From assembly GCA_965116475.1 (NCBI GenBank), contig OZ220691.1, positions 896,001 to 960,000 on the forward strand: a stretch of 64,000 bases of DNA, in the 5' to 3' direction. The first letter of the stretch is position 1, and every line of letters starts with the position of its first letter. Origin of the DNA: Gemmatimonadota bacterium (GTDB lineage Bacteria; Gemmatimonadota; Gemmatimonadetes; Palauibacterales; Palauibacteraceae). Under the pieces are notes generated by a model that saw only the letters and a program-made list of their open reading frames with translations, ran no database searches and was not told the DNA's origin. The translations under genes and the position numbers were made by a program. Of this stretch, positions 33,103 through 43,921 are shown in pieces.

Positions 33103-33767
33103 TCTCGCTCAGAGACGTCTCGAAGGCCTACCCGCGCTCCGGAGACGCGCTGCGGGGGGTTTCGTTCCGTCTCCGGAAGGGGGAGTTCGCCTTCCTCACG
33201 GGACCGTCGGGGGCGGGCAAGTCGACGGTGCTCGAACTGATCCACTTTCAGACCCTGCCGACCGCGGGCGAGGTGCAGGTCTCGCGCTACAACTCGAGGC
33301 GGGTCCGCCGCCGGGACATCCCGGCGCTGCGCCGACGCGTGGGGTTCGTGTTTCAGGACTTCAAGCTGCTGGAACGGCTGACCGCGGCGGAGAACGTGGC
33401 CTTTGCGCTCGAGGTCATCGGGACGCCGCGACGCGAGGTCGCGGGGCGCGTGCAGCGGCTGCTGAGTCAGGTCGGGCTCGCCGCCCGCGCCAGCTCGAGA
33501 CCGTCGGAACTGTCGGGCGGGGAGCGGCAGCGCGTCGCGGTGGCGCGCGCGCTTGCCACGGAGCCGCGGATCCTCCTCGCGGACGAGCCCACCGGCAACC
33601 TCGATCCCGACGCCGCCGGGGGGGTGTTCGAGTTGTTCCGGATGCTGAACCGCCTCGGCACGGCTGTGCTCATGGCCACGCACGACGCGGATTTCGTGCG
33701 CCGGCATCGCGGTGTTCGCCGCCTGGAGCTGCAAGGCGGACGGCTCGTCGGGGATTCCGCCGCGTGA
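33099..33767 (+). CDS. ftsE: Cell division ATP-binding protein
   Basis: GPSGAGKST, VFQDFKLL, LSGGE, DEPTGNLD; upstream of ftsX. Confidence 0.93.
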   Translation: MISLRDVSKAYPRSGDALRGVSFRLRKGEFAFLTGPSGAGKSTVLELIHFQTLPTAGEVQVSRYNSRRVRRRDIPALRRRVGFVFQDFKLLERLTAAENVAFALEVIGTPRREVAGRVQRLLSQVGLAARASSRPSELSGGERQRVAVARALATEPRILLADEPTGNLDPDAAGGVFELFRMLNRLGTAVLMATHDADFVRRHRGVRRLELQGGRLVGDSAA

Positions 33768-34639
33768 GGGCCATGCGGGAGGCGCTCGCCGGCTTCCGAC
33801 GCACCCCTCTGCTGTGCACCCTCTCCATCGGAGCGGTCGGGCTCAGCCTCGTGATCCTCGGGCTCTTCGGGCTCGTTGCGCACAACGTCGGCGGGGTGAT
33901 CGGCGACGTGGAACGCCGCGTGGAGGTCGTCGGCTACCTGCTCGACGACGCGGGCCCGGAACAGGTGCGGACCGCCCGTCGGGAATTGGAGGCGCTCCCT
34001 GCGGTCGAATCGGTACGCTACGTTTCGAAGGAGGAGGCACTGGAGCGGGCCCGCCGCGATCTCGTCGAGTTCTCGGACGTTTACGGGGCACTGCGGGTGA
34101 ACCCGCTTCCGGCCTCGTTTCACCTCAGGCTCCGGGAGGGGTTCCGCACTCCGGAAACGGTGTCGGAGACCGCGGGCGCGCTCGCGGCCTATCCGTTCAT
34201 CGAGGAGGCGCGCTTCGGGGAGGAGTGGGTGGAGCGGCTGTTCGCCCTGCGGAGCGCGGCGGCGGGGATCGCCCTCGCCCTGGGCGGCGGGTTCGCGCTG
34301 GTCGCCGTGCTTCTCATCGTCACGACGGTGCGCATGGCCGTCCTCGCGCGCGGCGAAGAGATCGAGATCATGCAGATCGTGGGCGCGCGCGAAGGCTACA
34401 TCCAGCGGCCCTTCCTCCTCGAAGGCGCGGTCACCGGGCTCGCGGGCGGGCTGCTCGCGCTCGGCGTCACGCGCCTCGCCTACGTCGTCTTCCCCGCGCG
34501 CTTCGCGGCCGTCGAATCTCTGGCGTGGCTGCCGCACCTGTGGACCGCGGCCGGCGTCGCCGCCGCCGCACTTCTCGGCCTCCTCGCCGCCGCCTTCTCC
34601 GTGCACCGTGAAATGGGACGGGCGTATGGCCCATCCTAG
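33764..34639 (+). CDS. ftsX: Cell division permease-like protein
   Basis: YVSKEEAL, NPLPASF, EIEIMQIVGA, PFLLEG. Confidence 0.93.
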   Translation: MRAMREALAGFRRTPLLCTLSIGAVGLSLVILGLFGLVAHNVGGVIGDVERRVEVVGYLLDDAGPEQVRTARRELEALPAVESVRYVSKEEALERARRDLVEFSDVYGALRVNPLPASFHLRLREGFRTPETVSETAGALAAYPFIEEARFGEEWVERLFALRSAAAGIALALGGGFALVAVLLIVTTVRMAVLARGEEIEIMQIVGAREGYIQRPFLLEGAVTGLAGGLLALGVTRLAYVVFPARFAAVESLAWLPHLWTAAGVAAAALLGLLAAAFSVHREMGRAYGPS

Positions 34640-35876
34640 GCGACACTACACTGGTGGGGGAAGCGCACGACGCCGCGCGTGGGCGGCGTGGCTCGTTGCG
34701 TCCGTGAGCCTCGCCATCACGACGAGCCCGGCGTGGCCCGCCCACGCGATCGCGCAGGAATCGCCGGATGTGCGGCGCCGCCTCGACGAGAGCCAGGCAC
34801 GGCTCGAAGTCATCCGCGAAGAACGGCAGCGGCTGCGCCGGGAGCTCGCGGGGATCGCCGGCCAGGTCAGCGGCGACTCGGCCGAACTCGTGAACATCGA
34901 ACGCCAGATCGACGCCTCGGCGAGCGTCCTGGCCGAGTTCGACGTTCAACGGCTCGCGCTCTCCGATCGGCTCACGGCCATGACGCGCGAGATGCTGCTC
35001 ACGCGCGACGCCCTCACCGCGCGCCGGGTCGTGCTCCGGGCGCGGCTCCGCGACATCTACAAGCGCGGCCCCCTCCGCGCGGTCGAGGTGCTCCTCTCCT
35101 CGCGGTCGTTCTCGGACCTGCTCAATCGCTACCGGTACCTCCGCGATGTGGCCGTCTTCGACCGCATGCTCCTCGAGGACGTAAGGGAACTCGAGGGCTC
35201 GCTCGCGGACCAGCGCAGCGGGTTGAGCCGGGAGAGTGATCGCATCGCGGGCGTACGGGCGGAGCGTTTCCGGGAGTACGGCGAGTTGGAGAGGCTGGAG
35301 CGGGAGCGGCAGGAACGGCTGCACCGCTTCGCCGACCGACGCGACGAGGCGCAGTCGACGCTGGCTCTGCTGGCGGCGGAGGAGGCCGAACTGCGCGCGC
35401 TCATCCGAGGCCTGGAGGAACGACGCCGATCGGCGGAACGCGCGGCCGGCACGGCATCGGTCTCGTCGCTCACGACCGGGGATCTCGGTCGCCTCGCCTG
35501 GCCCGTCGAGGGAGAGATCCTGTGGCGCTTCGGACCCGAGCGGGAAGGACGCACGACGATCCCGCGCGAAGGAATCGGGATCGCGGCGCCGCGCGGGACG
35601 CGCGTGAACGCGGTGGATCGCGGCACCGTCGCCTCCGTGGCGGCACGCGCCTCGGGGCAGACGGTGATCCTCGATCACGGGGCAGGCTTCTACTCGTCCT
35701 ATCAGAAGCTCCGCGACGTCACGGTCCGCGAGGGACAGGCGGTCGACGAGGGAGAGGCGATCGGATACGTGGGCGGTGACGCCACCCGGCCGCACATCGA
35801 GTTCCAGATCTACGAGCCGGGCGCGGTGGGGCCCCGCGCCGTGGATCCGGTCCGGTGGCTGCGGGGCCGTCCGTGA
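34608..35876 (+). CDS. envC: EnvC-like coiled-coil / degenerate M23 murein hydrolase activator
   Basis: Long coiled coil then LAWPVEG...GIGIAAP; Zn-ligand motifs degenerate; follows ftsEX. Confidence 0.8.
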   Translation: MKWDGRMAHPRRHYTGGGSARRRAWAAWLVASVSLAITTSPAWPAHAIAQESPDVRRRLDESQARLEVIREERQRLRRELAGIAGQVSGDSAELVNIERQIDASASVLAEFDVQRLALSDRLTAMTREMLLTRDALTARRVVLRARLRDIYKRGPLRAVEVLLSSRSFSDLLNRYRYLRDVAVFDRMLLEDVRELEGSLADQRSGLSRESDRIAGVRAERFREYGELERLERERQERLHRFADRRDEAQSTLALLAAEEAELRALIRGLEERRRSAERAAGTASVSSLTTGDLGRLAWPVEGEILWRFGPEREGRTTIPREGIGIAAPRGTRVNAVDRGTVASVAARASGQTVILDHGAGFYSSYQKLRDVTVREGQAVDEGEAIGYVGGDATRPHIEFQIYEPGAVGPRAVDPVRWLRGRP

Positions 35877-37084
35877 GCGGCGAGCGCCCCTGGGGGCAGG
35901 AGGATCTCCTCGGGCGCCTGGCCGGCGCCGTCGCGGGCCGCAGACTGCCGCAGTCGCTCCTCGTCCATGGCCCGGAGGGCGTCGGCAAACGCTCGCTGGC
36001 CCTGTGGCTCGCGCGCGCGCTCCAGTGCGAGGCCGCGGAAACCGGGGATGTGCCCTGCGAGGCGTGCCGGAACTGCCGCATGGCGGCACGGCTGGAGCAC
36101 CCGGACATCCACCTCCACTTCCCGATGCCGCGCCCGAAGCGGGCCTCCTCGCGGGCCAAGCTGCGAGAGGCCATCGAGGCGCAGCGCCACGAGCGTCTCG
36201 CTCTCCTGCGGGAGGATCTCCATGCGCGCCTGGACCGGGACGCGGTGACGGGGCTCTATGTGGCCGCCGTGGAGAACATCCGGGAGCAGGCGTCCCGGCG
36301 CCCGTCGATGGCGCGCCGGTCGGTGTTCGTGATCGAGGACGCGGAACGGATGGTGCCGCAGAGCGCCAGCCCCGAGGCGGCGAACGCCTTCCTCAAGCTC
36401 CTGGAGGAACCGCCGCCGTTCGCCTACATCGTGCTCACGAGCAGCCGGCCGGACGCCCTTCTGCCGACGATCCGGTCTCGCACGGTGCCGCTCCGCATGG
36501 CGCCGCTGCCCACCGAACGCGTGGCGGCCTACGTGGCGGAACACCTCGGCGTGGGGGACGGCGACCGGGCGCGGGGGGTAGCGCGGCGGGCCGGTGGCGC
36601 CGTCTACCGGGCCCGGTCGCTCGTCGACGCCGAAGCCGGCGAATCCGAGGCCGCCGCGGACGGTCTGCTGGCCGCCGCGCTCGACGGCACGCCGCAGGCG
36701 CGCTATCGCGCCGCGTCGCGCTACTCCGCGCGTGGCGCGCGAGGGGAGTTGGAGCCGGCGCTCGAGGCGCTGCGCCTCCGCCTGCGGGACATGCTCTGCG
36801 TCGCGGCGGGAGCCGCCGGCGCGGCACTCGACCCGGATCGCATGGCGAAGTCCGGCGGAGCGGGAAGCCGGGCTGCCCCCGGAGCGGGTGGAGGCCCCGC
36901 GGAAGGCGCGGTTCTCGAAGCCCTCGGGGCCGTCGATGCGGCGGTGGAAGGGGTGAGCCGCAACCTGAATCCGCAGGCGGCGACGGCCCTCCTGCTCGAG
37001 GAGATGAGCGCGGCGTTCGCCGGCCGCTCCACTGGCCGAACGGCGGGAACACCGCAGTTTGCGGGGGTACTGAGAGGTCTGTGA
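35873..37084 (+). CDS. holB: DNA polymerase III delta-prime subunit
   Basis: GPEGVGK, C..C..C zinc motif, HPD, AANAFLKLLEEPP, LLPTIRSR. Confidence 0.9.
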   Translation: MSGERPWGQEDLLGRLAGAVAGRRLPQSLLVHGPEGVGKRSLALWLARALQCEAAETGDVPCEACRNCRMAARLEHPDIHLHFPMPRPKRASSRAKLREAIEAQRHERLALLREDLHARLDRDAVTGLYVAAVENIREQASRRPSMARRSVFVIEDAERMVPQSASPEAANAFLKLLEEPPPFAYIVLTSSRPDALLPTIRSRTVPLRMAPLPTERVAAYVAEHLGVGDGDRARGVARRAGGAVYRARSLVDAEAGESEAAADGLLAAALDGTPQARYRAASRYSARGARGELEPALEALRLRLRDMLCVAAGAAGAALDPDRMAKSGGAGSRAAPGAGGGPAEGAVLEALGAVDAAVEGVSRNLNPQAATALLLEEMSAAFAGRSTGRTAGTPQFAGVLRGL

Positions 37085-37581
37085 CGGGAGGCAGCTTCGT
37101 GGACGGACTCACACATCTGGACCCGGAGGGGCGGGTGCGCATGGTCGACGTGGGCGAGAAACCGCTCACGCGACGCGTGGCCGTGGCCGAGGGCCGGATT
37201 CGCATGCGCCGCGCAACGCTCGATGCCATCCGGGCGGGCGAGATCGAGAAGGGAGAGGCGCTCGCCGTGGCCCGTCTCGCGGCGATCCAGGGGGCCAAGG
37301 CGGCGTCCACGCTCGTTCCGCTCTGCCATCCGGTGCCGCTCGACGCGGTCGACGTCGATCTCGAAGCCGAAGAGACGCCGCCCGCCTACCGGCTCAGCGT
37401 GCGGGCTTCGGCGGAGTGGCGCACGGGTGTCGAGATGGAGGCGATGGCCGGTGTCGCGGCCGGCCTGCTCGCCCTGTACGACATGTGCAAGGCCATCGAC
37501 CGGGGCATGGCGCTGGGGCCGATTCGACTCCTCGAGAAGCGCGGCGGACGATCGGGCACGTGGACGGCGGACGCGGAGTGA
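37081..37581 (+). CDS. moaC: Cyclic pyranopterin monophosphate synthase
   Basis: LTHLD..G.VRMVDVGEK, LVPLCH, TGVEMEAM, YDMCKAID. Confidence 0.95.
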   Translation: MTGGSFVDGLTHLDPEGRVRMVDVGEKPLTRRVAVAEGRIRMRRATLDAIRAGEIEKGEALAVARLAAIQGAKAASTLVPLCHPVPLDAVDVDLEAEETPPAYRLSVRASAEWRTGVEMEAMAGVAAGLLALYDMCKAIDRGMALGPIRLLEKRGGRSGTWTADAE

Positions 37582-37615
37582 CGCGGATGCGGAGGACGCG
37601 GATGTGGAGGGCGCG

Positions 37616-39073
37616 GTGAACCACGGAGAGGCGCTCAGGAAGAAGATCGAGTCGGGGGCGGCCCGGGTGGGCGTGCTCGGGCTCGGCTACGTCGGTCTTC
37701 CCGTCGTTACCGCGTTCTCGGGCGCCGGCTTCCGGACGCTGGGGTTCGACATCGACGAACGCGTCGTGCGGCGGGTGAGGCGGGGGGACTCCCACATCGG
37801 CGATGTCCCGGCGCGGGACGTCGCCGCCGCCGTCGAGAGCGGCCTCCTCGATGCGACAACGGACTTCGGCCGGCTCCGCGAGATGGACGCCGTCATCATC
37901 TGCGTTCCCACGCCGCTCGGGAAGACCGGCGACCCCGACGTTTCCCACATTCTCGACGCGCTCGGGCACATCCGCGACGGTCTCCGGCCCGGCCAGCTCA
38001 TCATCCTCGAGTCGACTACCTGGCCGGGTACGACACGGGAACTCCTGCAGCCGGAACTCGAACACGGCGGCCTCACCGCGGGGGAGGAGTTCTTCCTCGC
38101 CTTCAGCCCCGAGCGCGTCGATCCGGGGAATCCCACCTACACGTTCACGAACACGGCGAAGGTCGTGGGCGGACTCACCGCCTCCTGCCTCGCACTCGCC
38201 GCCCGTCTCTACGAGAGAGTCATCGACGAGGTCGTGAGCGTTTCGTCGCCCGAGGTCGCGGAACTCACGAAGCTGCTGGAGAACACCTTCCGCGCGGTGA
38301 ACATCGGTCTCGTGAACGAGATGGCGGTCATCGCGGACCGCCTGGGGATCGATATCGGCGAGGCCGTCGAGGCCGCGGCGACGAAGCCGTACGGCTTCAT
38401 GCGTTTCACGCCCGGCCCCGGCCTGGGCGGCCACTGCCTCCCGATCGACCCGCAATACCTCGCCTGGAAGATGCGGACGCTCCAGTACCGGACCCGTTTC
38501 ATCGAACTCGCCGCCGAAGTCAACGCGGAGATGCCGCGCTATGTCGTGGACCGGGTCGGGCAGGCGCTCAACCGGCATCGACTGCCGCTGAACGGGAGCC
38601 GCGTGCTGCTGCTGGGCGTCGCCTACAAACCGGGCGTCGGCGATGTGCGCGAGAGTCCGGCGCTCGACGTCATCGAACTTCTGCGCCGGCAGGGCGCCGA
38701 GGTCTCATATCACGATCCGTTCGTACCGCGATTGGCGCTCGAGGGCGGAGATCTCGAATCGCAGCCGCTGACGGCGGAGCTCCTCGCATCGAGCCACGCG
38801 ACGGTCGTCATCACGGATCACCCGCAGGTGGATTACGGTCTCGTGCTCGAGAAGGCGCCGATCATCGTCGATACGCGGAACGGCCTGCCGAAGGGGGCCG
38901 GCGAGCCGGGAGAGCGGGGCGGCGCGGTCCTCTATCCGCTCTCCGGCCCGCCGCGCGAAGGCTCAGCGCCGGATCTCAAGCCGATCGCCGGGGTGGATCC
39001 GGGTCGAGGAGAGGCGATTCCACTCGATGAGCTCGCGCGTCGATACCGAATGTCGGCGGGCGATCAGCCATAG
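37616..39073 (+). CDS. Nucleotide-sugar (UDP-HexNAc) dehydrogenase
   Basis: GLGYVGLP, CVPTP, ESTTWPG, SPERVDPG, KLLENTFR, GGHCLPIDP; GGAGG RBS before GTG. Confidence 0.92.
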   Translation: MNHGEALRKKIESGAARVGVLGLGYVGLPVVTAFSGAGFRTLGFDIDERVVRRVRRGDSHIGDVPARDVAAAVESGLLDATTDFGRLREMDAVIICVPTPLGKTGDPDVSHILDALGHIRDGLRPGQLIILESTTWPGTTRELLQPELEHGGLTAGEEFFLAFSPERVDPGNPTYTFTNTAKVVGGLTASCLALAARLYERVIDEVVSVSSPEVAELTKLLENTFRAVNIGLVNEMAVIADRLGIDIGEAVEAAATKPYGFMRFTPGPGLGGHCLPIDPQYLAWKMRTLQYRTRFIELAAEVNAEMPRYVVDRVGQALNRHRLPLNGSRVLLLGVAYKPGVGDVRESPALDVIELLRRQGAEVSYHDPFVPRLALEGGDLESQPLTAELLASSHATVVITDHPQVDYGLVLEKAPIIVDTRNGLPKGAGEPGERGGAVLYPLSGPPREGSAPDLKPIAGVDPGRGEAIPLDELARRYRMSAGDQP

Positions 39074-40675
39074 CGAGTCGCCCGGCCGGACCACGATCGT
39101 CACAGGTCCGGCCCCGCCGCTCACGGACCCGGCGCCGGCCGGCCGCCCGGCGCCCGGAATCAGCAACTCCTGGCCGATCTGCAGGCGGCGCGGATTCACG
39201 TTGCCGTTCGCGGCCCGCAGCGCCGCCACCGACACGCCGTATCGCTGCGCGATCACGTCGAGCGTCTGCCCGCGCTGCACGGTGACGACGGTCGTTCCCT
39301 CGGCATTCGTCCTGGCGGCGATCGGGCTGGCGCTCGAACTCCGCGCGATCGATGCGCCGGAGGCCCGCGCCGACCGGGGGATCACGAGTTCCTGGCCGAT
39401 CTGCAGGCGGCGCGGGTTCACGTTGCCGTTCGCCGCGCGCAGCGCCGCCACCGACACGCCGTACTGCTGGCCGATCCACCCCAGCGTGTGACCGCGCTGG
39501 ACCGTGTGGAACGTCCACGTCACCCGTTCGTCCGCCGGCACGGCGGCATACCGCGCCGCGAACCGGGCGGCGCCCTCGACCGGCACCCGCACTTCGACTT
39601 CCCGGTTCGGCGGCGTCACATCGCGCGGAAACTCGGGGTTGAGGAGGTTGATCGTCTCCTCGTCGGTCCCGGCGACCTCGGCCAGGACGTCGAAGCTCGT
39701 CGCGTCGGGCACCCGCACCTTCGCGTACTCCGGGATCGTCTCCCTCTCCGGATCCGGGAACCCGTAGCGCGCGGGATCGTGTCCGATCATGGCCGCCGCG
39801 ATGATCTTCGGCACGTAGTCCCGCGTCTCACGCAGCAGCAGCCGGCGGTCGGCGAGATCCCAGAAGGTCGCGCCCGGCACGGTGCGAAGGCCGCGACGGA
39901 CCCGGTTCGGCCCTCCGTTGTAGCCCGCCGCCGCGAGATACCAGGAACCGAATTCGTCATACAGATCCTTGAGGTGCCGGACCGCGGCGTCCGTCGCCTT
40001 CTCCGGGTCCCTTCGCTCGTCGATCCAGTAGGAGATTTCGAGACCGTACTGGCGCCCGGTACCCGAGATGAACTGCCACAGGCCCACGGCGCTCGCGCGG
40101 CTGTAGGCGTTCGGGTTCATGCCGCTTTCGATGAGCGCGAGGTAGATGAGATCCTGCGGCAGCCCCGCCTCCCGCAGCTTCCGTCGAATCATGGGCTCGT
40201 AGCGGGTCTTGCGGCTGAGGTAGGTCGCGAAGCGCTCGCCGATGACGGTCTGGAAGTAGTGGACCCACGATCGGACGCGCTCGTTCACTTCGAGCCTGAA
40301 GACGCGCGGATCCTCGCCTTCGTGGACCAGTCCGAGGGGGTCGCCGCCGAGCATCTCGCGCACGGCGCGGTCGACCTCCGCCGCGGTCGGGCCGGCGCCC
40401 GTGCCGTCTACCGGACCCGGCACGGCGGGGTCCTCCGGCAGCAACTCGTCGCCGGGCGCCGGCGCGGCGGCGTCTCCCGGTTCCGGGGTCGCCGCGGGCG
40501 TGTTCTCCCCGCCGGCCTCGAGCGCTCTCGGCTCGACGTTCGCGGTCTCCGGGGCCGGGCCGATATCGGGTGTACGCTGCGTGAACGCGCAGCCGTGCAG
40601 CACGAGGGCCGCGAGCACCGGACCGGTCCAGCGAAGATGTGCGCGGAAGTGGGTCGTTGATGATCGAATGGTCAT
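38963..40675 (-). CDS. mltD: MltD-like lytic transglycosylase lipoprotein with three LysM domains
   Basis: LHGC lipobox, LIESG, AVGLWQF, YNGG, ETRDYVPK, three LysM repeats. Confidence 0.88.
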   Translation of the reverse strand: MTIRSSTTHFRAHLRWTGPVLAALVLHGCAFTQRTPDIGPAPETANVEPRALEAGGENTPAATPEPGDAAAPAPGDELLPEDPAVPGPVDGTGAGPTAAEVDRAVREMLGGDPLGLVHEGEDPRVFRLEVNERVRSWVHYFQTVIGERFATYLSRKTRYEPMIRRKLREAGLPQDLIYLALIESGMNPNAYSRASAVGLWQFISGTGRQYGLEISYWIDERRDPEKATDAAVRHLKDLYDEFGSWYLAAAGYNGGPNRVRRGLRTVPGATFWDLADRRLLLRETRDYVPKIIAAAMIGHDPARYGFPDPERETIPEYAKVRVPDATSFDVLAEVAGTDEETINLLNPEFPRDVTPPNREVEVRVPVEGAARFAARYAAVPADERVTWTFHTVQRGHTLGWIGQQYGVSVAALRAANGNVNPRRLQIGQELVIPRSARASGASIARSSSASPIAARTNAEGTTVVTVQRGQTLDVIAQRYGVSVAALRAANGNVNPRRLQIGQELLIPGAGRPAGAGSVSGGAGPVTIVVRPGDSLWLIARRHSVSTRELIEWNRLSSTRIHPGDRLEIRR

Positions 40676-40785
40676 CGGGCGGTAAGATCCCCTCTCGGCA
40701 CCACGACTTCGGTACTGCTATCCCCAGGCCCCTCCACCCCACCAGGGCGTCGCTCCGGAAGCGGGACCGGACAACACGCGAATGT

Positions 40786-40814
40786 ATCGTACCGAACCCG
40801 ATGTGCGGTGTCGA
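40786..40814 (-). promoter_or_regulatory. Sigma70-type promoter for mltD
   Basis: TCGACA-N17-TACGAT on the minus strand. Confidence 0.55.
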
Positions 40815-40843
40815 GATTCGACCCGGCGCCGGACGCCACGTCT

Positions 40844-42344
<1,501 letters not shown>

Positions 42345-42365
42345 ACTGGCAGCAGTCGACGACTG

Positions 42366-42743
42366 CTAGGGGTCGACGACGATCTCGCGCGTCTCGGGGG
42401 GCGGGCGATCTTCGCGGGGCTCCGGTTCCGGGCTGCCCGCTTCGAGTTCGGCGAGGAATCCGCGCCCGGCCTCGCGGAACGAGTCGATCACGCGGTCGGC
42501 CGCGCCGAGCACCTTCATCGTCCCCTTGACCGCGGTCGTCGAGGCCCGCGTCCTCCGCAGCCCCCGGTGGACGGATTCGGCGAAGTGCTGGAACGGGTCC
42601 GCGCCGGCCGCCGGCCGGGAGGCGTACTTCGAAGCGAGATAGTCGATGAAATCGACGACCTCGTACTGCTTGTCCTCGGGCAGGGCCTGGAGCTTCCTCC
42701 AGATCTTCTTCCTCAGAATCTCGTTCATGTCTTCTTCGGCCAT
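42366..42743 (-). CDS. DUF2281-like protein
   Basis: [23 protein letters not shown] motif. Confidence 0.7.
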   Translation of the reverse strand: MAEEDMNEILRKKIWRKLQALPEDKQYEVVDFIDYLASKYASRPAAGADPFQHFAESVHRGLRRTRASTTAVKGTMKVLGAADRVIDSFREAGRGFLAELEAGSPEPEPREDRPPPETREIVVDP

Positions 42744-42837
42744 GGCGCCTTTCCGACTCCGTGGTCGCACGAACCCGTCCGGCGTTCCTTCGCCGGTCCC
42801 TCTCATACTCCGCCCGACCCGGTGCAGGTTTCAAGGA

Positions 42838-42881
42838 GGGGTTCCGCGTTCCGCCGCCCGGGGGTTCCGCGTTCCGCCGCC
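42838..42881. repeat. 21-bp perfect direct repeat, 23-bp period
   Basis: GGGGTTCCGCGTTCCGCCGCC at 42838-42858 and 42861-42881. Confidence 0.85.
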
Positions 42882-42901
42882 TCAAGCATAACATGTTGCG
42901 C

Positions 42902-43921
42902 GTGAAAACCGCCTATGATCTCGCCTGCGAAGCACTCGCGGCGGCCCCTCGACGATGGCTGGTCACGGGGGGCGCCGGCTTCATCGGATCCCACCTCGTC
43001 GAGCGGCTCCTGACGCTGGGACAGGAGGTCGTGGCGCTCGACGACCTCTCGACCGGCCACCGCGGCAACATCGACGACGCCGTGGCGGCCTCGGGCGCCC
43101 CCGCGGACCGCTGCCGTTTCGTGGAGCGGGACATCGTCGACGCGGACGCCGCCGTCGAGGCATGCCGCGACATCGACATCGTGCTGCACCAGGCCGCGCT
43201 GGGGTCCGTGCCCCGGTCGGTCAAGGAGCCGCAGGAGGCGTATGCCCGCAACGTCGAGGGGTTCATCAACGTGCTGGACGCGGCCCGCGACGCCGGCGTC
43301 TCCCGCCTCGTCTACGCCTCCTCGAGCTCGGTGTACGGGGATTCGCCCTGCCTCCCGAAAGTGGAAGCTCGCATCGGGAACCCGGCATCCCCCTACGCGG
43401 CCACGAAGCGCGTCAACGAGTTGTACGCGGAGATGTACCGCCGCAGCTACAACCTCCAGATCGTCGGACTCCGTTATTTCAACGTCTTCGGCAAGAGGCA
43501 GGACCCCGAGGGGCCGTACGCGGCCGTCATACCACGCTGGACCCTGCGGATGCTGGCGGGAAAGTCGTGCCGGATCTACGGAGACGGGAAGACGACCCGG
43601 GACTACTGCTACATCGACAACGTGGTACAGGCGAACCTGCTCGCCGCCACGACGGGGGCGGAGACGGCGCTCGGCGTCTACAACGTCGCCGCGGGAGATC
43701 CGACGACGCTGAACGAGCTGTTCGACCTCATCCGGTCGGGGCTCGCGGAGGGGCGGCCGGATGTGGGAAGCGCGGAACCCGTCTACGAGGGCTTCCGGGC
43801 CGGGGACGTACGGCATTCGTACGCGGACATCTCGAAATCCCGGGAACGGCTGGGATACGAGCCCCGCTGGACGCTCTCCGAAGGCCTTCGGTCCACGCTC
43901 GACTGGTACGCCGCCCTCTGA
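42902..43921 (+). CDS. UDP-GlcNAc(A) 4-epimerase, WbpP/TviC-like
   Basis: [41 protein letters not shown]; alternative start ATG 42893. Confidence 0.9.
   Translation: MKTAYDLACEALAAAPRRWLVTGGAGFIGSHLVERLLTLGQEVVALDDLSTGHRGNIDDAVAASGAPADRCRFVERDIVDADAAVEACRDIDIVLHQAALGSVPRSVKEPQEAYARNVEGFINVLDAARDAGVSRLVYASSSSVYGDSPCLPKVEARIGNPASPYAATKRVNELYAEMYRRSYNLQIVGLRYFNVFGKRQDPEGPYAAVIPRWTLRMLAGKSCRIYGDGKTTRDYCYIDNVVQANLLAATTGAETALGVYNVAAGDPTTLNELFDLIRSGLAEGRPDVGSAEPVYEGFRAGDVRHSYADISKSRERLGYEPRWTLSEGLRSTLDWYAAL

Noticed and set aside
40676..40843. c-di-AMP (ydaO) riboswitch upstream of the LysM hydrolase
   Set aside because: The conserved aptamer segments were not found on the minus strand
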